From a virus: 6,085 bases of DNA. A program made the position numbers and the translations under genes. Below are positions 1-5,432 of the stretch, in pieces. Location of the stretch: IMG/VR virus record IMGVR_UViG_3300045988_000909, positions 1-6,085 of that record. The stretch is one strand, 5' to 3'. The notes beneath the pieces are model-generated. The model made no database searches and was not told the DNA's origin. It was given only the letters and a program-made list of their open reading frames with translations. The first letter of the stretch is position 1. Every line of letters starts with the position of its first letter.

Positions 1-55
1 CCATATACTTGTTCAAGATAGCTTGAGAATCAGACTGTAAATAAACCTGGGTCGT
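1..55. repeat. Terminal direct repeat, copy 1 (circular-genome assembly overlap)
   Basis: Bases 1..55 (ccatatacttgttcaagatagcttgagaatcagactgtaaataaacctgggtcgt) match 6031..6085 exactly by direct comparison. An open reading frame runs through the junction without interruption. Confidence 0.95.
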
Positions 56-673
56 TTGAGCGGCAGAGAGCCTACCAGCGGTAACAGCATTCTCCAATTG
101 TTGACGTTCCATAGATTGGTCTAATTCAGCAGAAATACGACCTGTTTGCTTATTCCAATAACCAGATTCACCAATACCTATTTGTTTGTAGTTCGTATCG
201 CCTTTCATCTTCTCAACCATATATGGCGTCATAACATTAATCTGGTTAGATTCAGAAATAAGCTTTTTAGCTTGAGCGAATGAAGTCAAAGCAGTATCCA
301 CACTTGAAAAATCAGGATGATAAGCCTGATACGGAATAGGATTAGCAGCAGAAGCCTGAGCACCAGAAGGTGAAGAACCAGAACCAGCACCTGTTTGGGC
401 GGCAGAGCCGGACAAGAACGGATTCAAACCACGAGAAATCATAGCTTCAGGGGAATTATATTCTCGCGATTCATCAACCATCTTCTCTTGCCAATCACGT
501 TGCTTCTGAGCTTCCAACATATTAAACTTATTGGTAGTCTGGGTATTACGGAAATTAGCACGATTAGCACTAGACTGTTGCAACGTACCAAAAATACCAC
601 TAATAGCGGCACCAAGGAAATGATGTTCATTTCTAGGAGAGAGTATGCTCTCTCCAATCTCTAGATACCTCAT
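1..673 (-). CDS. VP2: Minor capsid / DNA pilot protein (VP2-like), N-terminal part of a gene that wraps around the circular genome
   Basis: Hand translation of the minus strand from ATG at 671..673 gives MRYLEIGESILSPRNEHHFLGAAISGIFGTLQQSSANRANF...DESREYNSPEAMISRGLNPFLSGSAAQTGAGSGSSPSGAQ... with no stop down to base 1. An in-frame stop lies two codons upstream at 680..682. The frame joins the 5582..6046 ORF exactly through the 55-nt overlap. Total length is 1122 nt, or 373 aa. The Gly/Ala-rich N-terminus and the (E)YNSP....GLNP block resemble gokushovirus/alpavirus VP2 as I recall it. This ORF is missing from the supplied track because it runs off the window edge. Confidence 0.8.
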   Translation of the reverse strand, partial: MRYLEIGESILSPRNEHHFLGAAISGIFGTLQQSSANRANFRNTQTTNKFNMLEAQKQRDWQEKMVDESREYNSPEAMISRGLNPFLSGSAAQTGAGSGSSPSGAQASAANPIPYQAYHPDFSSVDTALTSFAQAKKLISESNQINVMTPYMVEKMKGDTNYKQIGIGESGYWNKQTGRISAELDQSMERQQLENAVTAGRLSAAQTTQVYLQSDSQAILNKYM

Positions 674-1116
674 TGTGCACTAGCGGCAGGGGCGGAAACC
701 TCTGGGGCGGGCGCTGCCTGTTCCTCTGCCAGCATAGCCTGAGCGTATGCGGTTAATTCAGACTTTTCTTGAGCCAATTGTTCCAACACAGCCTGACGTT
801 CAGACATGGTTTGACAATGACGAGAAATAACACAGTTGAATCGCTCTTCATCCGTCATGTTATCCATAGGAGTAGACGGAGTAGGATACATCTGAGCTAA
901 AATATTATTTACATTCATATCGCCAAGAAGACGACGATATTTTTCCTGATTCAAAAGGATTTGGGTCATATCACATTGAATCAAATCTCCATCAGGAGAT
1001 TCATCATACATGACCGAATCGTAAACAGAAGACTGATAACACGGGTTGCCTTCTACCAATTCAGGGACGTATGAATCTTTCTCAAAATTCTCATTTTTAT
1101 AAGCAAAACTTCTCAT
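670..1116 (-). CDS. Hypothetical acidic protein, 148 aa; possible internal scaffolding protein (VP3-like) by size, position and composition
   Basis: The ORF is open from 1203. I chose ATG at 1114..1116 (MRSFAYKNENFEKD...) as the first start that does not overlap VP1, whose stop is at 1127..1129. Alternative in-frame ATGs are at 1203, 1185, 1167 and 1143. The protein is Asp/Glu-rich, with a predicted helical C-terminal half (SERQAVLEQLAQEKSELTAYAQAMLAEEQ) and an Ala/Pro-rich tail. Stop TGA at 670..672 overlaps the VP2 ATG (ATGA). The functional call is positional inference only. Confidence 0.55.
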   Translation of the reverse strand: MRSFAYKNENFEKDSYVPELVEGNPCYQSSVYDSVMYDESPDGDLIQCDMTQILLNQEKYRRLLGDMNVNNILAQMYPTPSTPMDNMTDEERFNCVISRHCQTMSERQAVLEQLAQEKSELTAYAQAMLAEEQAAPAPEVSAPAASAQ

Positions 1117-1126
1117 AACAAGCAAA

Positions 1127-2872
1127 TTAATAAGGTAAACCATTTCTATCCAAATTCTGCACAGCATAAACTTTGAAGTTAACATTACACAATAATTGGT
1201 CATAAGCCACAGAACACTTAGAGCCAGAAACTTGAGGTTCGAAAATAGAGTTCAATTGTTGAGGGCGAACCTTCATAGACCGATAAGACCAACTACCAGA
1301 AGATGTAAGAACAGACCATCCATCAATAGGAGAAACCCAAGATTGGTAAGCAAGACCAGAACGGAATGCAGCATGGACAGTGTCAACGTTAGATTTCCAT
1401 TGCCAGTAGCGAAGATTATATCCAAGAGAACCAGAAACAAGACGAGACGGGTTGTTGTGAAGATTCAAAGCAGGAACAGCTTGCATACCTAATTGATCGA
1501 ATGCAGGTTGAGGGAAATCAGTAATAGAGGTAACAGTCAACTGAGGACTCTGGCCAGTCAAATTCCAATCGACCAAAGGTACAGCATGATATACGCACAT
1601 AATAACCTGATGCTCGGCGCCACAATCATAAGTCAACGCATGGCCGGAAGCAGAACCTACGCCTTTACCAGCGATGACAGCTTGAGAACCATCAGCGTCC
1701 AAATTGGTATTCAAGACTTCATTAATATTGATTACATTAGACCAACCTCCAATATAATGAGCATGATTGCCCATGTATTCAGGGGCATTAACACCGAACT
1801 GAGCACGCATCTGGTCTGAATAATCCTTGCTTGCGAATTGAACTATCTCTTTCCAGCGCTGTAAATATTCCGTTGCTCGGATTGAAAGAGCGGAAAGGTC
1901 AGAATTAAGACGAACTGTCAATGCATTGGAAGTAGAAGGATTAGCAGCATTGGTTACAACGGAGGTTCCAGAAGCAGGGTTAATCAAATAAGATGAAGAA
2001 CCCGAAGAACCAGAAGGGGTATTGGTTACAATTCGAGAAGGCGAAAGAGAGGGTTGGTAAGAAGAAGGTAAAACAGCTACGTCACCGTACTGGCTACGCG
2101 GCAAAATACCCATAAAATAGTCTTTCGGATAGTTTGCATACCGAAGCTGGATCATTTCAGGGGAAAGATTTAATTGAGATTTTCCATCCCAATAATCAAC
2201 ATTGTAAGAATAAGACAGGTGTTTCTCCCATTGAGAGTCAGAGAAGAAGTCATAATAAATCTTCTGATAAGCCAACAGCGGAAGAATGTTTACAGTCTGG
2301 CTAACACTGTAAACCAAAGGGTTAGAAGCATCGGTAACAGAACTTAGACCTAAATAAGCTTGGGTAATAGCGGCCTTAGCGGTATTTGAGGGGGCAAGGA
2401 AAGAACCATATCCAAGCATATCCAATATCTTAGAAGCGCCATAGACGTATGGTAAACCAACGTCATCAAGGACGTCATTGCCATTAACCGTTTGAAGACT
2501 TAGAGACAACAAACTCAACGTGGTATTCGGCACGGAAGTTAACCTCTCAGTATTAGCAGTATTGCTAGCGGCAGACGTTATATAATCCGTCATTTGGGTA
2601 AATGCCTGCGGAAGAGCACGAGAAATCAAGCGTAGCGGCACAGCGTAGAAATCATAGTACTCTTTAATGCGAGTGTATGCAGCCGTGTTAACAGGAACAG
2701 TACGGGTAAACCAGTCGGAAGAAATACGATATTTGTTATTAGGAATAGCAATTTGCCAATAACAAGGAAGAATTTCTCCAACTTTTGCCGTAAATAATTT
2801 TTTACTAGACAAATCAAAAGAAGAGCGATGTACAGCAATTTTCGCTCGATCTAGTGGATTAAAATCACTCAT
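1127..2872 (-). CDS. VP1: Major capsid protein (Microviridae VP1 / phiX174 F family), 581 aa
   Basis: This is the largest ORF in the window. The N-terminal block HRSSFDLSSKKLFTAKVGEILP...RTVPVNTAAYTRIKEYYDFYAVPLRLI matches the conserved jelly-roll N-terminus of microvirus major capsid proteins (recalled HRS.FDLS...FT.K.G.L.P...VNTAA.TR..EYYDF..VP.RL pattern of Alpavirinae-like VP1). ATG is at 2870..2872 and TAA at 1127..1129. Confidence 0.93.
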   Translation of the reverse strand: MSDFNPLDRAKIAVHRSSFDLSSKKLFTAKVGEILPCYWQIAIPNNKYRISSDWFTRTVPVNTAAYTRIKEYYDFYAVPLRLISRALPQAFTQMTDYITSAASNTANTERLTSVPNTTLSLLSLSLQTVNGNDVLDDVGLPYVYGASKILDMLGYGSFLAPSNTAKAAITQAYLGLSSVTDASNPLVYSVSQTVNILPLLAYQKIYYDFFSDSQWEKHLSYSYNVDYWDGKSQLNLSPEMIQLRYANYPKDYFMGILPRSQYGDVAVLPSSYQPSLSPSRIVTNTPSGSSGSSSYLINPASGTSVVTNAANPSTSNALTVRLNSDLSALSIRATEYLQRWKEIVQFASKDYSDQMRAQFGVNAPEYMGNHAHYIGGWSNVININEVLNTNLDADGSQAVIAGKGVGSASGHALTYDCGAEHQVIMCVYHAVPLVDWNLTGQSPQLTVTSITDFPQPAFDQLGMQAVPALNLHNNPSRLVSGSLGYNLRYWQWKSNVDTVHAAFRSGLAYQSWVSPIDGWSVLTSSGSWSYRSMKVRPQQLNSIFEPQVSGSKCSVAYDQLLCNVNFKVYAVQNLDRNGLPY

Positions 2873-2888
2873 AATTAATTAATTCAAA

Positions 2889-4571
2889 TTAGACCATACG
2901 GTTAAATATATTATTAGCGTCATTCAATTTCTTATGCTTAATCATATTACGACAGAATGTTGCACTACGGATCCTGAGTTGGTCAAGAAGTTGAAACGTT
3001 TCACTCGAAGAGGACGAGATGGAATCGATTTCAGCACCGCTCTGCGGTAAGACGAACATACTATCCGATATATCGGGGAATTGGGCTCGGACCATATACG
3101 AATCTCGTAAATTTTGATAGTCTTTCTTCTTTTCATACTCTAGTCCAGTTTTGATGATAAATATAATACGACTGGCATAAGAGTCAAGATTACCACCGAT
3201 GGAAGGCAAATGCCAATTTCTGAGGAATTTACTGACATAAAGGAAAAGCCGATATAATTTATTAACATAAGATTCAGTATCGAAGTCAACAGAACTGAAA
3301 CAGCACCTAGTAGAACACCTAGAAGCATGTAAAATAATTTCATCTTCATTTGTTAAATCGTTATTGGTTAACATAAGGTACTTATAATAAGCACGAACAA
3401 TAGAAAGAATAGAATCGGAATCATAAGCTACGATACCGAATCTTGCAATTCTTTTTGGCGCGTCTGCAACAGCTCGAATAATTCTAGCAATCGCAGTAGC
3501 ATCGTCATAGCGAGCACTTGAGAATCGGGGGAGTAAGGTACGGATATACGACATGGGAGGAGTTGATTTAACACTAATCCCGTTGAAGTTATAGATTCGT
3601 CCATTAATGACAGAATCGATTTTTTGCTCAATCGCGTGATAGACGTCTTCACCTTCTTCAAAAACCTCGCCTTTTTCAAAAAATCCAAGAGATGCTCTTT
3701 GGCGGGGTCTAAACGCGCGGCATGATCTATATAATAGGGGAGCAGAGCTAAGGCTGTTAACGTAACTCGCAACGTACGATGAAGCTCCACCGCGGGCAAT
3801 CTGGAAATCTGAACGACCGAGTTTCCAACTCTTATCATGACACTGTCGTAATACTTCTGAGACTTCTTTCGAGTTCGTGAATAATAAGATATGGTAATGC
3901 GGGCGGAAATGGACTGGTCCATATTCACCCACAGCGTAGAAATGTAGCGTTTCATAAGAACCTAAAACTTGAGATAAATGTTTACGTAATCGTTTGATAT
4001 AGTTCTGAACATCAACATAATTTAAGAAGGGTATAAGGTTATTAATACCGTATTTTTCAGCAACGGGATATACCGAATTGTCGACGGCCTGCGTTTTACG
4101 GATAAAACTACGAATAGCATCCATACTAAGAAACCAATTGTCCTTAACAGGAACATATTCCTTGATTCCACGGTCAAACGGCACCGTGCCTTGAACCTGC
4201 GTGAAGAATATATGACGCAATAGGGAAGAATCCTCAGGTTGATACTCAGAAACAGGGATATAAGAGTGGCGTTCATACCCAAATACTTTATCTCCTGAAA
4301 TGCTTAAAGTGTCTTCATATTCACTATGCAGAACCTCGCAATTCATCAAAGGAACATGCTCATTATCATAAGTAAGCGTTACAAAATAAGAGTACTTGAA
4401 AGCACTTCCTGCGGTCCTCACGCGCATAGACGCTTTTTTAGCACGCTTATGAATACAGTAATCACATTGACCACAATCTACAGCAATACGATGGCCTGTG
4501 TAACGGTTAGTTATATAAGAACGATTCTGACAATGGTCAACAGCCTTAAGCAAATCAGGAGAATATTTCAT
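2889..4571 (-). CDS. VP4: Rolling-circle replication initiator (HUH endonuclease; Microviridae VP4 / phiX174 gpA family), 560 aa
   Basis: All three superfamily-I RCR motifs are present in order. Motif 1 is FVTLTY (4368..4385). Motif 2 is the HUH element HYHILLF (H-Y-H at 3891..3899, checked against the nucleotides). Motif 3 is YVASYVNS, with two catalytic-type Tyr at 3774..3776 and 3762..3764; the phiX174 gpA di-tyrosine motif is YVAKYVNK as I recall it. An N-terminal Cys/His cluster (DHC...H...CGQCDYCIH) is also present. ATG is at 4569..4571 and TAA at 2889..2891. Confidence 0.93.
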   Translation of the reverse strand: MKYSPDLLKAVDHCQNRSYITNRYTGHRIAVDCGQCDYCIHKRAKKASMRVRTAGSAFKYSYFVTLTYDNEHVPLMNCEVLHSEYEDTLSISGDKVFGYERHSYIPVSEYQPEDSSLLRHIFFTQVQGTVPFDRGIKEYVPVKDNWFLSMDAIRSFIRKTQAVDNSVYPVAEKYGINNLIPFLNYVDVQNYIKRLRKHLSQVLGSYETLHFYAVGEYGPVHFRPHYHILLFTNSKEVSEVLRQCHDKSWKLGRSDFQIARGGASSYVASYVNSLSSAPLLYRSCRAFRPRQRASLGFFEKGEVFEEGEDVYHAIEQKIDSVINGRIYNFNGISVKSTPPMSYIRTLLPRFSSARYDDATAIARIIRAVADAPKRIARFGIVAYDSDSILSIVRAYYKYLMLTNNDLTNEDEIILHASRCSTRCCFSSVDFDTESYVNKLYRLFLYVSKFLRNWHLPSIGGNLDSYASRIIFIIKTGLEYEKKKDYQNLRDSYMVRAQFPDISDSMFVLPQSGAEIDSISSSSSETFQLLDQLRIRSATFCRNMIKHKKLNDANNIFNRMV

Positions 4572-4573
4572 AA

Positions 4574-4882
4574 TTATTTTCGTTTATCAATCACCTGGCG
4601 ACGATCGCGCGGGCCAAATGAAATATGAATAAATGTAGGATATAATATCAATTGATCAAACACATGAGTACTTTCCGAATAATTATGGATATGATTGAGC
4701 AACCGATTATAAGTAGTAGAACCATACGGTTTAATATCAATAGCTTCTCCAACCAAATGTTGAGAATTAGGGACACCACCAGCAGCTTTATTTTCAGTAA
4801 TAGAACGTTTAGCGCTTGTCACCGAAAAATGCAGGTTAAAACACAATAAATGTTCAAGGAAATTCATAAGGGTAGTATTCAT
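4574..4882 (-). CDS. Small zinc metallopeptidase of the M15 (VanY / M15_3-like, LAS fold) family; candidate peptidoglycan hydrolase (endolysin-like), 102 aa
   Basis: The sequence VTSAKRSITENKAAGGVPNSQHLVGEAIDI...FIHISF carries the M15 signature SxHxxGxAxD (H42 at 4757..4759, D49 at 4736..4738). A distal His (H86 at 4625..4627) completes an H-x6-D...H zinc triad. The upstream R-x4-N element is typical of M15_3 enzymes. ATG at 4880..4882 overlaps the upstream stop (ATGA). TAA at 4574..4576 lies 2 nt before the VP4 ATG. Confidence 0.75.
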   Translation of the reverse strand: MNTTLMNFLEHLLCFNLHFSVTSAKRSITENKAAGGVPNSQHLVGEAIDIKPYGSTTYNRLLNHIHNYSESTHVFDQLILYPTFIHISFGPRDRRQVIDKRK

Positions 4883-4962
4883 AATCCAATAGCGTTAAGA
4901 ATATAACCTAAGGCGGCAGACACAGCACCAATTACAATTTTCCAAATATTGTTACTTTTCAT
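4879..4962 (-). CDS. Tiny single-pass membrane peptide, 27 aa (MKSNNIWKIVIGAVSAALGYILNAIGL); possible holin-like partner of the peptidase
   Basis: ATG is at 4960..4962. Stop TGA at 4879..4881 overlaps the peptidase ATG at 4880..4882 (ATGA). A short charged N-terminus is followed by about 20 hydrophobic residues. The same frame is open back to ATG 5065..5067, giving a 62-aa two-hydrophobic-segment version (MVLEIILSEFLRWVLLLLWIQLKKK...). That longer version would overlap the 85-aa ORF by 116 nt. The true start is unresolved. Confidence 0.4.
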   Translation of the reverse strand: MKSNNIWKIVIGAVSAALGYILNAIGL

Positions 4963-5209
4963 CGGATTGAGTTTTAAGTTCAACAAAATTATCTTCTTCT
5001 TTAATTGAATCCACAATAACAATAAGACCCATCGGAGAAACTCGCTCAGAATAATTTCCAAGACCATCTAAAGAATTGACAATATAAGGCGGCATAACAT
5101 CACGACCAGTTTGTTTTTCTTTAAGAGAAATAATAAATTTCAACATAATTACAAAGTTTAAAATGTTAATGAATAATGAGTTAGATTCTACAGGGGCAAA
5201 GGAAAGCAT
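4952..5209 (-). CDS. Hypothetical protein, 85 aa, with N-terminal hydrophobic (membrane-anchor-like) segment
   Basis: This is the first ORF downstream of the only large intergenic region. ATG at 5207..5209 is preceded on the coding strand by an A-rich tract (ttattcaaaaaaaATG). The segment NSLFINILNFVIMLKFIISL is hydrophobic and is followed by a mixed-composition 50-aa tail. An alternative internal ATG at 5144..5146 would give 64 aa. I recognise no family. Confidence 0.5.
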   Translation of the reverse strand: MLSFAPVESNSLFINILNFVIMLKFIISLKEKQTGRDVMPPYIVNSLDGLGNYSERVSPMGLIVIVDSIKEEDNFVELKTQSDEK

Positions 5210-5294
5210 TTTTTTTGAATAAACAAAATATTTCAGAGTTTTTTTTGTTCTACGGTTAGAGTGTGAGTTGTGCGTTTATAGACAAGAGGGATCG

Positions 5295-5317
5295 AATTTG
5301 AGATGATAACTCAAATT
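5295..5317. other. Perfect 8-bp inverted repeat / hairpin (aatttgag-atgataa-ctcaaatt)
   Basis: 5295..5302 is the exact reverse complement of 5310..5317, with a 7-nt loop. A further G:T pair is possible at 5294/5318. Confidence 0.7.
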
Positions 5318-5369
5318 TCCTTCGGACACAACTAGGGGCTTCGCTTGAATAACATAGGGGTATAGGCAC

Positions 5370-5391
5370 GGCAAGTCAAGTCTGTCTTGCC
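5370..5391. other. Hairpin ggcaag-(10 nt)-cttgcc, optionally extended by outer pairing gcacg (5366..5370) / cgtgc (5404..5408)
   Basis: 5370..5375 is the exact reverse complement of 5386..5391. The outer 5-bp complement was seen by eye. Confidence 0.55.
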
Positions 5392-5408
5392 TTTGCGCAC
5401 CGACGTGC

Positions 5409-5432
5409 TAAAATACCGGAGCGGAACGCTCC
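5409..5432 (-). terminator. Candidate intrinsic terminator downstream of VP2 (weak)
   Basis: The minus strand reads GGAGCG-TTC-CGCTCC (5432..5418), a 6-bp GC-rich stem with a 3-nt loop, followed by GGTATTTTAG (5417..5408). The U-tract is short (4 U), so this is tentative. Confidence 0.3.

Noticed and set aside
1-55. The 55-nt identical ends could be biological direct terminal repeats of a linear element
   Set aside because: The gene content is that of a circular ssDNA microvirus, and a single ORF (VP2-like) reads straight through the junction. An exact end overlap is the usual signature of a circular contig from assembly.
395-664. Plus-strand ORF of 89 aa, and the minus-strand 72-aa ORF at 439..657
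   Set aside because: Both lie entirely inside the VP2-like coding region, one antisense and one in an alternative frame. Both have low-complexity, odd composition and no independent signal. The third minus frame is the one with recognisable VP2 features.
1117-1203. N-terminal extension of the 148-aa ORF to the ATG at 1203 (177-aa version)
   Set aside because: The extension would overlap the VP1 3' end by 77 nt, and its sequence (MTNYCVMLTSKFMLCRIWIEMVYLINLLV) looks like out-of-frame translation. It cannot be excluded without comparative data, and the alternative starts are noted in the feature.
1196-1819. Two adjacent plus-strand ORFs (98 and 108 aa) antisense to the capsid gene
   Set aside because: These are shadow ORFs opposite a strongly supported gene. 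They are Arg/Ser/Asn-rich and low-complexity. Every other gene is on the minus strand, as expected for a microvirus transcribed from one strand only.
2626-2838. Hydrophobic 70-aa ORF nested in the 5' part of VP1, superficially like phiX174 lysis gene E nested in D
   Set aside because: Its start is TTG (caa at 2836..2838), not ATG. Hydrophobicity is expected from out-of-frame reading of a T-rich coding strand. A more conventional lysis candidate exists elsewhere in the genome. It is worth a synonymous-constraint test only if relatives are aligned.
4326-4849. Plus-strand ORFs 4326..4628 (100 aa) and 4652..4849 (65 aa)
   Set aside because: They are antisense to the VP4 5' end and to the peptidase respectively. 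They have no motifs and are inconsistent with the single coding strand.
5137-5149. Minus-strand TTATGTTGAAAT resembles the XerD arm of dif
   Set aside because: It needs an extra base relative to the consensus. It has no plausible XerC arm upstream, lies inside an AT-rich coding region and is easily explained by composition.
5210-5250. Bacteroides-type promoter (TTTG at -33, TAnnTTTG at -7) upstream of the 85-aa ORF
   Set aside because: The minus strand here (gaacaaaaaaaactctgaaatattttgtttattcaaaaaaaATG) has TTTG elements but no exact TAnnTTTG. The best candidates are ATatTTTG and, further upstream, GAaaTTTG. A promoter is likely in this region, but I cannot place it from sequence alone.
5288-5297. 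gggatcgaat resembles a tRNA T-loop (GGTTCGAAT), suggesting a tRNA or tRNA-like element
   Set aside because: The flanking bases cannot form a 5-bp T-stem on either strand. No acceptor, anticodon or D arms could be assembled.
5391-5401. Minus-strand GGTGCGCAAAG matches 9 of 11 bases of the XerC-binding arm of E. coli dif (GGTGCGCATAA), tempting as an attP/dif-like site
   Set aside because: The following sequence (gcaaga cagacttgact) shows no similarity to the central region or to the better-conserved XerD arm (TTATGTTAAAT). A 9/11 match is expected about once by chance in 12 kb of two-strand sequence. The XerC arm is not conserved between Proteobacteria and Bacteroidota.
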